Below are positions 46,511 to 56,192 of a DNA stretch of 64,000 bases, one piece after another (the stretch's first letter is position 1; each line of letters begins with the position of its first letter). The DNA lies in the IMG/VR virus record IMGVR_UViG_3300026549_000029, positions 160,001 to 224,000 of that record. One strand, written 5' to 3'. The stretch comes from a virus. Lineage: Duplodnaviria > Caudoviricetes. Below the pieces are notes generated by a model. The model ran no database searches, was not told the DNA's origin, and saw only the letters and a list, made by a program, of their open reading frames with translations. The position numbers were made by a program, and so were the translations under genes.

Positions 46511-48378
46511 GCTTGTTTATACTCCATTTGAATATGATTTGGATTTTGATTGAATCTCTTTTGTATAATTTCTCTCATCTCTTTTAATCTTTTTTCAAGA
46601 TCATTATCACTATAAGCAGAAACATTTAACTGTTTATTCTTTCCTGCTTCTATCATTATTCCATCAGGACCTATACTCCTATTACTTGGAGGAGTTTGTC
46701 TAAGTTCGCTAAAATTTATCATAAGAGATTCAGGATGATCTGGTGGTGTAAAAGGTATACCAGCTCTATTTTGTTCATAAGCAGATTTAAAAGCTTCTTC
46801 TAAAGTTAATACCTCCATATCTTTATTTTCTGGTATAACAGTTTCAGTATTAATAAAATTTACTTTACCAATTTTTCTATCTATAGCATTTTTATAACTC
46901 TTAGAATTATACTTTAATTTGCCATTTCGTTTCATTTGTCTCATCTCTTGTACCTTATTACTAGATACAATATTATGAGCATTAGTCAGATATGTAGATA
47001 AATCATAAGATTCACCAGGCTTTACTCCTAATGCTGCATCATGAGATTCTTTGATCTTCCACTTCATCATATTTCTGAAGACATTAAATTGATACATCTG
47101 ACGATCAAAGTTTTCAACTTGAATAGCAAGATTATTAGTTTCCATAATTCTTATATTTTCATAATATGTTTTCTTCTCCTCTTCTGTTGCACTATAGATA
47201 TTAAAAGGTTTAGGCTGATTAGCAGCAAAAGCTTCTCTAGCTTTATTATATTCTCTTAAAGGATCAAATCTTTCTTTTACTTCTTGTTCATCAAATTTTT
47301 CATTATTATAAGCATGAACAATTCTAGATATATTAGCAAAATGATTTATATAATTATTTCTAGCAGCTTCTGCAGCTTCTTGCATCTGCTGATTTGCAGC
47401 ATAATAATTATTAAATATAGGTCTACCATAATAATCTCTGCCTATTACTACAGCTCTATTATTATGATTAATTTTTTCTCTTTCCTCATCAGTAAGAACA
47501 ATCCCTTCAAGCATTTCACTTACATCTATAGGACTATTCTTATAAGGTTCATCACTATAGAGAACATCTCTGAGATAATCATCAAACTCATTCATAGCAT
47601 ATCCATGTACACCATATAATGAAGTATTATTCATATTGGCAATATAATTATTACCAAATCCTTGGTGTATAGGAAACTGCTGAAGAGGCTGTTGAGGAAT
47701 CATTGTAGGCTGAGGATAGAAAGGAGTCTGCCCATTAGGATAAGAATAAGTTCCAGTATTAGCATTATATTCAGCTTTAGGATCTCTATATCCAATTACA
47801 TTATTAGGCTGACCAGGATTAATTGTATTAGTATTTATACCAATATTATTTCTAGATTCAAAAGATGGACTTTTTACAGTTTCTACAGATATTTCTCCTG
47901 TAGCAGGATTATATCCACCACCTTTTTTGAGAATAGCACCAGAATTCATATCAAGTCTATCTATAGTACCATCTCCTTTTTCTAATTCAATATAACCAGT
48001 TTTCTGTCCAGGTACATAAGGAGAATATATCCCCTTGCTGTAAGGCTCTAAAGGATTATCTGGACCAGCTTTTAAGGGCTTATCATTTGTAATAAACTGA
48101 TAAGTTTCATTATCAAAATATCCACCATTTTGCTGCATCTCTAATTGCTGCTGTGGTGTAGGCATAGGCGGAGAATACATACTATTCATAGTATTAGGAA
48201 TAGTATTATACATCATAGGTTGCTGCATAACAGGCTGTTGATACTGTTGATACATATTATATCCAAAAGTTGTAATTTGTGGTGGATATCCATTAGGATA
48301 TCCACCATTAGTATTATTAGATTCATAGCCATTATTATATATAGGCTGTGTATTTTCATAATTAATAGGTGCTAACAT
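46507..48378 (-). CDS. Hypothetical protein with Q/N/P/Y-rich low-complexity N-terminus
   Basis: Composition; AAGGAG RBS; early-like motif at ~48471-48490. Confidence 0.75.
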   Translation of the reverse strand: MLAPINYENTQPIYNNGYESNNTNGGYPNGYPPQITTFGYNMYQQYQQPVMQQPMMYNTIPNTMNSMYSPPMPTPQQQLEMQQNGGYFDNETYQFITNDKPLKAGPDNPLEPYSKGIYSPYVPGQKTGYIELEKGDGTIDRLDMNSGAILKKGGGYNPATGEISVETVKSPSFESRNNIGINTNTINPGQPNNVIGYRDPKAEYNANTGTYSYPNGQTPFYPQPTMIPQQPLQQFPIHQGFGNNYIANMNNTSLYGVHGYAMNEFDDYLRDVLYSDEPYKNSPIDVSEMLEGIVLTDEEREKINHNNRAVVIGRDYYGRPIFNNYYAANQQMQEAAEAARNNYINHFANISRIVHAYNNEKFDEQEVKERFDPLREYNKAREAFAANQPKPFNIYSATEEEKKTYYENIRIMETNNLAIQVENFDRQMYQFNVFRNMMKWKIKESHDAALGVKPGESYDLSTYLTNAHNIVSSNKVQEMRQMKRNGKLKYNSKSYKNAIDRKIGKVNFINTETVIPENKDMEVLTLEEAFKSAYEQNRAGIPFTPPDHPESLMINFSELRQTPPSNRSIGPDGIMIEAGKNKQLNVSAYSDNDLEKRLKEMREIIQKRFNQNPNHIQMEYKQA

Positions 48379-48501
48379 ATTTTATTTTCTCCTTTAATAT
48401 TATAAATATAATTTTTCTCCTTTTTTAAAAGTTATAAGATTTATAATTTTTAATTCCAGATTCTATTTAATCATATTTATAATATTTATCTGATTCTAAT
48501 T

Positions 48502-49380
48502 TTAGCTAAGCTTAGTTGGATAGTCAAAATTAGGAATAGAAACTCCTAATTTTTTAGACAGAAACTCAGCAGGATTATAAAGAATATCAAAGTTTTCAAT
48601 AATATTATTAGAGAAAGTGCTAGCCTCATATGTAAATCCAAGCATCATAGAGCTAAACTCATCTTCAAGGAAACTAAACATTTCTAATACAATACCGTTT
48701 CCATTTCTTGTAACTTCTTCACTTTCACATAAAGTAGTAAGTTCATTTCTAAGATTATTATAAATCTTAACTCCACAAGAATTTACATAAGAAACAGCAA
48801 AACTCATTACATTATCATACATATCTACTTTAGTTTTAGGATTAGTAGAAATATAAGCAACAATAGCTCTTGCTAATGATTCTCTATCAATAAAATGATA
48901 TCCAGCACTAAAAGAAAAATAACTGATAAAACGAGAATCTACAGTATTTTCTTTTGAATAGTCGCTACCATCCATAATCCTTTTGATAAAAGGTTTAAAT
49001 TTATTATTAAGCTCATTAATCTTGACAGAATACAGATTATCTAAAGTAAGCATAAAGTTATCAATACACATACACATAGTAGTAGATACAATCATGCTAA
49101 GTGTATTAAGATCAAATCTCAAAGTATCAGAATTAACATCCTGAAGAATAAGATCAGAAGTTTTAATTCCAATAGTTGCAAATACATTGTAAATATTATT
49201 AGGAATATTTACAACTCCATTAGGTGTATAAAGATTAAAATCATCATATCTAATAGCAATATTAGGAAGCTTAATTACATTGTTATTAATTACATCAGTA
49301 TTGGGTGCAGTTACTGCTTTAGATTTACAATCTTCACAGTTACAATTCTGAATGTGAATAGGTCTGATTTTGTTATCCAT
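48502..49380 (-). CDS. Hypothetical protein
   Basis: 292 aa; N-terminal H...C.C..C; AAAGGAG RBS. Confidence 0.75.
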   Translation of the reverse strand: MDNKIRPIHIQNCNCEDCKSKAVTAPNTDVINNNVIKLPNIAIRYDDFNLYTPNGVVNIPNNIYNVFATIGIKTSDLILQDVNSDTLRFDLNTLSMIVSTTMCMCIDNFMLTLDNLYSVKINELNNKFKPFIKRIMDGSDYSKENTVDSRFISYFSFSAGYHFIDRESLARAIVAYISTNPKTKVDMYDNVMSFAVSYVNSCGVKIYNNLRNELTTLCESEEVTRNGNGIVLEMFSFLEDEFSSMMLGFTYEASTFSNNIIENFDILYNPAEFLSKKLGVSIPNFDYPTKLS

Positions 49381-49404
49381 TTTTATTTTCTCCTTTTTTG
49401 TTAT

Positions 49405-49620
49405 TTATTTAAGATTTTTTAATATACAAATTATAATTATTGTACAAATTATAATACTAACTGCTATTGTATGTATTTTTAAAAAATCAGTAATAGTAGT
49501 TGGATATTTTTTATTTTTAAAAATATATATTTGTAGTATAATTCCATAAATAATTAAAGTATATATTATACTAATTATAAGCGATATAATCATACTAAGT
49601 ATAAGTAGTATAGGATTCAT
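49405..49620 (-). CDS. Small 2-TM membrane protein
   Basis: Two hydrophobic helices; overlaps the upstream stop. Confidence 0.55.
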   Translation of the reverse strand: MNPILLILSMIISLIISIIYTLIIYGIILQIYIFKNKKYPTTITDFLKIHTIAVSIIICTIIIICILKNLK

Positions 49621-49889
49621 TTTTTATTTTCATTTCCTTTATAATTAGCATCAAGAATAGATTCATAAAGTCCTTCATATTCATCCATATCAAGATTATA
49701 ATGATTCTTAAAAATAATTTTAAAAGCAATATATTGTTTAGCCATAATTTTTCGTATATTAATATTTTCATCTAATACATTATACAAAGTTCTACTCATA
49801 TCAGCTTGAATAGCAATAAGAATACCAACAAGTATACCTATAGCAATTAATGCTGCTACAGCAAACTCAACAACTATTTTTACATCCAT
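49617..49889 (-). CDS. Small membrane protein
   Basis: N-terminal TM helix; GAAAGGA RBS. Confidence 0.65.
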   Translation of the reverse strand: MDVKIVVEFAVAALIAIGILVGILIAIQADMSRTLYNVLDENINIRKIMAKQYIAFKIIFKNHYNLDMDEYEGLYESILDANYKGNENKK

Positions 49890-49934
49890 AATTATAAATT
49901 CCTTTCTTAAAAACTTATTATTTATAAAGTAGCT

Positions 49935-50384
49935 TCAAATTTCATAACTTAATAAATTTATTAATTTATGCACTTCATATTCTGAAAATGTAATAGTATT
50001 ATTATCTATATTATTTAATACAGATATTTGAATGAAATTATTAGGTAATTTAAATAAAGATATAATACTTGGAGTCATCATATCATTTGAATAAACATCT
50101 TTTATTGTTAATAGTAATATTTTATTATTTGTTTGTTTTTCATTTTGCAATAATTGTAATAAACCATATTTTAATTTATAACAAGTATCAGTAGAAAATT
50201 TTAAATTCAATACTTTAACTCCAGTTATATTATCATAAAATGATAAATTATGTAATAATGTTGTTATAAATCTTCTTTCAGGAATTGTATCATCATAATC
50301 ATAATCTGTTATTTTAGTAGGCATATCTATATTATAAATTAAATTATAATTTATTAGTTTTAATTTATAAATTTTATTACTCAC
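49935..50384 (-). CDS. Hypothetical protein
   Basis: GTG start with AAAGGAG RBS, coupled to the RNase H gene. Confidence 0.6.
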   Translation of the reverse strand: MSNKIYKLKLINYNLIYNIDMPTKITDYDYDDTIPERRFITTLLHNLSFYDNITGVKVLNLKFSTDTCYKLKYGLLQLLQNEKQTNNKILLLTIKDVYSNDMMTPSIISLFKLPNNFIQISVLNNIDNNTITFSEYEVHKLINLLSYEI

Positions 50385-51087
50385 AATTATCTCCTTTTAC
50401 AAGTTTATAATACTGGTCAGTATTAAAATTTGCATATCCTATAGATAATACTAGTTTCAAATTATCAGTAAAATATATTGGATTAGTTATATTTTTATAA
50501 AGCATATCTGTAGAATATTTATCTACAAAATTATTATAATTTGATATCATGTAAATAAGTGCATCATCTACATATTCATTTATATTATTAGATGATTTAA
50601 AAACTTTTCTAGCATATATTGCATCTTCATAAGATTTTTTAACATGTCCTTTTACATGATAGAGTTCAATGGGCGTATCATTAGATAAAATATAATATAC
50701 TATATCCATAATATAATCTTGATTTTTAATAAATCCATTATCTCCTAGAATATTTTTCCCTTCATTAGTTTGTCTAACCCATTTAAATATTCTATCTCTA
50801 ATTCCAAATATTGACACCTGTGAATCTGAGAATAATCTAATATGTTTAAAATTTCTGTAAAAATAAGATTTCATAATTCCTAATAGAATAGCATATAATT
50901 CTCCTTGTTGAGTCGTAGAATTATGTAAAATATAAAAATCTTGATAAACTAATTTTGTACCAATATAAATACATATAGCAGGAGCTGTAACTCCTATAGC
51001 GATATTTTTATCTTTTGACATATTTTTAAAACTAGAATCTGTAAAAATACAAACTGATTCGTTATTAAATAAATCTTGTACAGTCAT
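50377..51087 (-). CDS. Ribonuclease H (RNase HI family)
   Basis: IFTDSS, TTQQGELYAI, LFSDS, HVKGH, N..VD. Both an early motif (51104-51120) and a late motif (51135-51146) lie upstream. Confidence 0.9.
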   Translation of the reverse strand: MTVQDLFNNESVCIFTDSSFKNMSKDKNIAIGVTAPAICIYIGTKLVYQDFYILHNSTTQQGELYAILLGIMKSYFYRNFKHIRLFSDSQVSIFGIRDRIFKWVRQTNEGKNILGDNGFIKNQDYIMDIVYYILSNDTPIELYHVKGHVKKSYEDAIYARKVFKSSNNINEYVDDALIYMISNYNNFVDKYSTDMLYKNITNPIYFTDNLKLVLSIGYANFNTDQYYKLVKGDNCE

Positions 51088-51169
51088 TTTATTAAATACC
51101 TTTCAATATTATAATATCTATTAGTAAAAGATTTTAGTTATCTGTTAAAAATAATATAAAAAATAAAAT

Positions 51170-51198
51170 AAGAGAAGAGAGTTAGTCTCTCTTCTCTT
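51170..51198 (-). terminator. Terminator with stop codon in loop
   Basis: AAGAGAAGAGA...TCTCTTCTCTT. Confidence 0.7.
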
Positions 51199-51571
51199 GT
51201 ATAAGATTAATTTCTTTTAAATAATTTTCTACATCTTCTATAGTAATAGGTTTCTCCATAATTTTATCTACTGAATATATAGATTCTGGATTTTTTATCT
51301 TAAAATTATGAGGAACCATTAATACTATATAAGATTTATTAAGTTCTTTAGTTTCTTCAAATTCTCTAATTTTTTTAGAAATATCTATGCCAGAAAATCC
51401 AGGCATCATCATATCAATAAATACAATATCTACATCTTTAATGTTAAAATTAACAATTTCATTCATTGCATTGATACAGTTACAGTATTCTGTAACTTGA
51501 CCAAAATTAGAGAGTACTGATTTTATATTAGTAGGTTTAATTAAATTACAATGAATAAGAACTATTTTCAT
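51182..51571 (-). CDS. Stand-alone response-regulator receiver (CheY-like)
   Basis: DIVFIDMMMPGFSG...KKIRE...IV...KPI. Confidence 0.85.
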   Translation of the reverse strand: MKIVLIHCNLIKPTNIKSVLSNFGQVTEYCNCINAMNEIVNFNIKDVDIVFIDMMMPGFSGIDISKKIREFEETKELNKSYIVLMVPHNFKIKNPESIYSVDKIMEKPITIEDVENYLKEINLIQEKRD

Positions 51572-51595
51572 AAAATCAACTCTTTTCTTTTTTGA

Positions 51596-52132
51596 TTATA
51601 ACTTAAAATCAGCTCTATGTCTAGACATTTTAGCCTCTATTTCTTCATCTGTTAATACTGGAAGATTAAGAGCTCTTTGAATAATATTAGGAATGACATA
51701 GTGAGAGTCACCAGACTTCATATAAATATCAGACAGTTCTTGTAAGGATTCATAATCAGATTGACTCATCCATTGTTTAGCAATAAGTTCATTAGCAAGT
51801 TTATATACAGCATTTCTAGAAGTTGCTTTGTTAAATTTATTAAGGTTTTCATTAATAGTTTTAATTGATTTCTCTAGTTCATCTATTCTATTTTCTATCT
51901 TATCAATACGCTCATTTTGAGCAGTAATAAGGTCTTCTACCTGCTTGATGGCATTATTAATTTCTTTATCTCTATTTTCGACTGAATTTCTTTTAATTCT
52001 ATAAGTTTCCAAAATAGAGGTTGCTTTTGTAAAAATATTATAAACACCAAAAACAGAAGAAAGAATAAGCATAAGAAAAACAATGATTGACCCTAGAGAA
52101 TATTCTGTAAATAATTTAATCAAGTCACTCAT
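51596..52132 (-). CDS. Membrane protein with coiled coil (holin-like)
   Basis: N-terminal TM helix, coiled coil, Y...G.SH; exact late promoter at 52159-52170. Confidence 0.5.
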   Translation of the reverse strand: MSDLIKLFTEYSLGSIIVFLMLILSSVFGVYNIFTKATSILETYRIKRNSVENRDKEINNAIKQVEDLITAQNERIDKIENRIDELEKSIKTINENLNKFNKATSRNAVYKLANELIAKQWMSQSDYESLQELSDIYMKSGDSHYVIPNIIQRALNLPVLTDEEIEAKMSRHRADFKL

Positions 52133-52179
52133 TATTTATAATCCTTTCCTTTGCAAATTATAAAAATGTTGAAAAGAAA

Positions 52180-52202
52180 AGAGGAAGACAAAGTCTTCCT
52201 CT
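52180..52202 (-). terminator. Intrinsic terminator
   Basis: AGAGGAAGAC-aaa-GTCTTCCTCT. Confidence 0.7.
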
Positions 52203-52229
52203 ATAATTTTAACAAAAGAAGATTAAGGA

Positions 52230-53051
52230 TCACCTCCTGAGATATTTACCAGATTTAGCTTTAAGTTCTTCTACTTTAGCTTTCACTTCATCTGTCATTT
52301 TAATATCATTTACATTAATTTTAATATAGATAAAACATATAGGAAAATCAGAATCTGAACTTGGTTCATCTACAACCATTTCTAATTTAACCATATTTCC
52401 ATTAGGATTTTTATTAAGATCATTATTACAAGCTTCTATGTATTTATCAATTTCAACTGAATCATCATAAATGTTATCACAAATATCTTCATAAAGTTTA
52501 TATAATTCATTATATTTTTCTTTATTCGTAGATAAATCTTCATCATTATTCATATTATCAATTATAAAATTACCAATGTATTTTCCAGATTTATCGGTAT
52601 ATAAATATTTAGAAAGAGCTGTAGATTTTATATATTTTTCTGGATTTGTATATAAAATTGATTCTTTAAATTTTGTATCATTACCATTTTTATCATAATC
52701 AAAACTCCATTTATCAAACTCAAATGGATATTTTTCTAAAATATTATATTTTAATTTAATTTTTTTAATAAGAAAATCTTGACTTTTGATAAAAATACTA
52801 TTAATAGCTTGCTTTAATTGAGGATATTTTTTCATTAATTTATTAAAATTTTCCTCTACTTTTTTCGTTCTTTCTGCCTGAGCATTATCAGCAATTTTAC
52901 TAAGTATCATAATAGAAGCTATTAATAAAATAAATGGAGAAAGAATAATAAAAAGTCCTATAGTTAATAATGATTCATTTAAATTCTGTTTATTATTATC
53001 TATTTTTCTTTCATTATATTCTTTAATATAGTTTTCATTAAAAATTGCCAT
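52230..53051 (-). CDS. Putative internal virion protein with hydrophobic segment
   Basis: MAIFNE...LNES leader followed by a hydrophobic helix. Confidence 0.55.
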   Translation of the reverse strand: MAIFNENYIKEYNERKIDNNKQNLNESLLTIGLFIILSPFILLIASIMILSKIADNAQAERTKKVEENFNKLMKKYPQLKQAINSIFIKSQDFLIKKIKLKYNILEKYPFEFDKWSFDYDKNGNDTKFKESILYTNPEKYIKSTALSKYLYTDKSGKYIGNFIIDNMNNDEDLSTNKEKYNELYKLYEDICDNIYDDSVEIDKYIEACNNDLNKNPNGNMVKLEMVVDEPSSDSDFPICFIYIKINVNDIKMTDEVKAKVEELKAKSGKYLRR

Positions 53052-53060
53052 ATTAATACC

Positions 53061-54437
53061 TCAACTTATTTTCTTTACAGGAATTTTAGCATATGTTTCA
53101 ATATATACAGCACCATTTAATGATGCATTTAATAATGGATCAACATATACATCTTTTATATTTTTCATACAAATATAAGTATGAGTTTTATTATTACTAA
53201 GCGGATTTATATCAGCACTAATTTTTGGCATATCTTTTTTAATAGTAAAATATATTCTTGGTTTATAATATAAATATCCTTTTTCAGACTTTCCTCTAAA
53301 TTGTGGTTCTAGTGTACTTATATTATCTACTTTACTCATATGATATAATGCTACATTATCTGGTAATGTAACTTTTTTATTATTATATGAATATTCAATA
53401 TCTAATTTATATCCATCTTTATCATTACCAGTAATGGTATGCTTAGTAATAATAGTTCCATTAGGAGCTATATGACAAAATTTACATAACTTTTCAAATG
53501 CTTTCTTATAATCTTTATATTCTTCTGCATTATGAAGTACATTAAATATCTCTTTAATTTCTTTATATTCATCTTCATCTAAAGAACTAGAAAAACTATT
53601 CTTAGATTGACTTACAGATTCTCTAGGAATAAGTGTTTTAATAATCTCTTTAGTTTCTTTATTATCTAAAAAGAACTCTTTAAGAGCTTCATTTTCTCTA
53701 AAATATTTTCCATCATATAAATATTCTACTGCAGATTCATTTTTACTAAAGAGATTAAACATCTTCTTTTCAAAAGGCATAACTCTAATAGGTTTATCAG
53801 TTTCAAGATAAATAGCTCTAGATCCAAAATCATTATAAGTTGGATCTATATAAGCTTCACTAATATCATCTACAGTACAATATCTATATAATTTCTTATT
53901 TTCTAATCCTGCTTGATTAACTTTAATATCTTTCATAATAGTAAAGAAACATCTCTTAGCAGGATAGAGATATTTACCTTTAACTTTAGACCTAAAAGAA
54001 GGTATTAATTCTGTAATTCCAGCTACTGGAGATACATGAATTAATCTAACTCCTTTAGGAATCTTAATTTTTGCTAAACCTTTAGAATATTTTATAGCAA
54101 CTTTAAAAAGATCTTTATCTTTTTTATCATTAGAAAATACAATATTTTCTATAATAACATTACCAGAGATTCCCATGAATTTTCTAATAAATTCAAAAGA
54201 TCTTTTATATACAGAATAAGTAGTTTTTTCATCGCAAATTACATCATAATGTTTAGAAATTTGTTCTTTAGTAGCAGCATTAATATATCTTTGTATCCAT
54301 TTATGAGTAACAAAAGTACCAGCAATTTTTTGATATTGATCAAATAAATCTTTTAAATTACCAGCATAAGTTTTGACATCATCTATAATAGATTCATTAA
54401 AATATTTATTAGAATTATTTTCAATAGTTATAGACAT
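53061..54437 (-). CDS. Two-domain (internally duplicated) ADP-ribosyltransferase-like protein, putative virion protein
   Basis: L.H.S....I..L.P.FR.K...YLY...R.(F/Y)FTI occurs twice; FNES leader; late motif at 54465-54476. Confidence 0.55.
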   Translation of the reverse strand: MSITIENNSNKYFNESIIDDVKTYAGNLKDLFDQYQKIAGTFVTHKWIQRYINAATKEQISKHYDVICDEKTTYSVYKRSFEFIRKFMGISGNVIIENIVFSNDKKDKDLFKVAIKYSKGLAKIKIPKGVRLIHVSPVAGITELIPSFRSKVKGKYLYPAKRCFFTIMKDIKVNQAGLENKKLYRYCTVDDISEAYIDPTYNDFGSRAIYLETDKPIRVMPFEKKMFNLFSKNESAVEYLYDGKYFRENEALKEFFLDNKETKEIIKTLIPRESVSQSKNSFSSSLDEDEYKEIKEIFNVLHNAEEYKDYKKAFEKLCKFCHIAPNGTIITKHTITGNDKDGYKLDIEYSYNNKKVTLPDNVALYHMSKVDNISTLEPQFRGKSEKGYLYYKPRIYFTIKKDMPKISADINPLSNNKTHTYICMKNIKDVYVDPLLNASLNGAVYIETYAKIPVKKIS

Positions 54438-54485
54438 ATTATAACCACCATTAATTTTATTGATTATTAAGTAGTGCTTAAAAAT

Positions 54486-54521
54486 AAAAACTCATCAGAG
54501 AATATTCTCTGATGAGTTTTT
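54486..54521. terminator. Terminator (long perfect inverted repeat)
   Basis: AAAAACTCATCAGAGAA-ta-TTCTCTGATGAGTTTTT. Confidence 0.8.
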
Positions 54522-54524
54522 ATA

Positions 54525-55274
54525 TTATTTATTCTTTTCTTTCTCAAGAGCTTTTTTATGTGCTTTTTTAAGAGTTTCAATCGATTTATTTAATGCTTCT
54601 TTCCATTCAATTAAGGATTTTTTATAATCACTAAGAATAGCTACTGTTGTTCCAGCAGCAAGAATAGCAGATATAATTAATGTTATTTTTTGAGCAGTAA
54701 TTCCTAGTTTTTTATAATCAGTATCTATTCTATTCATGCCAACATCATAGGCATCGATAAAACTATTATCTAAACTTCGTTTTGCTGTAGCTTTATATCT
54801 ATCTGAAAGAGAATCAACAAAATTTTTTCCATATTTATATTTAACATTCATATTTTGTTTAAATAAAGAAACCGTACTTACTTTATCAATTTTAAGAAGA
54901 AGCCACCCTTCAATAGAAGTTGTTGTAATTAATGCAATAAAACTTCCAAAGAAATTTTTAGCTACATAACTAGGTTTAATTTTATAATTATTATTTTTAA
55001 GATCTTTAAGCTCTTCATCAATTCGATCTCGTAATTTTTCACATCTATCAATCTGATATTCTATACTTTTTGATGTATAATTTTTCTTTCCAATAAGTTT
55101 ACCACCAATTTTTTTAGCAAGTGCAATTAAACTTGTAGCAAGCTGATAAAATCCAGAAATATGTTCAATACCTGTACCAGCTTCTGTAAGATAAGAATCT
55201 ATCTCTTCTCCATTATAACAATTTTCATTTATTAATATAGCATTAATAGTATTATCATATGAATATATAGCCAT
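54525..55274 (-). CDS. Putative internal virion protein with hydrophobic hairpin
   Basis: MAIY...INE...LTEA leader; two hydrophobic stretches; late motif at 55320-55331. Confidence 0.55.
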   Translation of the reverse strand: MAIYSYDNTINAILINENCYNGEEIDSYLTEAGTGIEHISGFYQLATSLIALAKKIGGKLIGKKNYTSKSIEYQIDRCEKLRDRIDEELKDLKNNNYKIKPSYVAKNFFGSFIALITTTSIEGWLLLKIDKVSTVSLFKQNMNVKYKYGKNFVDSLSDRYKATAKRSLDNSFIDAYDVGMNRIDTDYKKLGITAQKITLIISAILAAGTTVAILSDYKKSLIEWKEALNKSIETLKKAHKKALEKEKNK

Positions 55275-55364
55275 ATTATGTATTCTCCTTTATATATAAG
55301 ATTATAAGAATTTTTATATTAATAAAAAGTACTCAAAAAAAAAACAATTTTAAGTTTAATAAAA

Positions 55365-55394
55365 AATAATAGAGGAATAAATTCCTCTATTATT
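55365..55394 (-). terminator. Intrinsic terminator
   Basis: AATAATAGAGGAAT-aa-ATTCCTCTATTATT. Confidence 0.7.
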
Positions 55395-56094
55395 CATCAA
55401 TCCAACTATCATCCCATTCAAATGTTGTTCCGCATAAATTTCCATATTCAACAACATTTTCTTCATTTCTTTTTTCCTCATTAGAAGAGAAATATATGGG
55501 ATTACATTCTAATCCTATGTGTCTTATTTCATGACAAAGTAATGACCATAAATTACAGTCAGTTGTATCAATATTTACATATACTTCTCCATTTTCATAA
55601 TTTGCAAATCCTTTAGCATTTTCAACATTATATTTTTTACATATTTTATTCCAATCTTTATTAGAATAAATATTTATCCCTTTTAAAGGAATAAGATCCA
55701 TAATGTTAGCATACTTATATAACTGATCGGCAATTAATTTTGGTGTTAATCTTGGGTATTTATCAATTATATCATCAGATAATTTAATAATACTTCTTAA
55801 CCATTTTCTAGTTATAGTACTTGGTACTTTTAAAGAACAATTTCTTGAGTTCCAAAAATCAATTTCATCTTTATCAGATAAAATTGTTGGCTTAACAGTA
55901 ACTGTATTATATTTTTCACTATTATCTGCAATATACCAGTATGAATCAGATACTTTTATAAATATATCAAAATAAAATTGCAAATCTGTAATTCTTTTAA
56001 AATTTAATTCATGAATTTCTTCTGTTATTTCTTCAGTAGATAAAGATTGAATAAATTGTAATAATTCTTTAAACTGTTTTGTCGTTAATGCCAT
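55390..56094 (-). CDS. HExxH zincin metallopeptidase-like protein
   Basis: GF......VYVN......LCHEIRH...EE. Confidence 0.65.
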   Translation of the reverse strand: MALTTKQFKELLQFIQSLSTEEITEEIHELNFKRITDLQFYFDIFIKVSDSYWYIADNSEKYNTVTVKPTILSDKDEIDFWNSRNCSLKVPSTITRKWLRSIIKLSDDIIDKYPRLTPKLIADQLYKYANIMDLIPLKGINIYSNKDWNKICKKYNVENAKGFANYENGEVYVNIDTTDCNLWSLLCHEIRHIGLECNPIYFSSNEEKRNEENVVEYGNLCGTTFEWDDSWIDE

Positions 56095-56150
56095 ATTTAT
56101 TATTACCCCCTTTCATAATAATATTATTTATTTAAAAATATTAAAAAATA

Positions 56151-56185
56151 AATACTAGATAATAGCATAGCTATTATCTAGTATT
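56151..56185 (-). terminator. Intrinsic terminator
   Basis: AATACTAGATAATAGC-ata-GCTATTATCTAGTATT. Confidence 0.7.
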
Positions 56186-56192
56186 ATATAAA

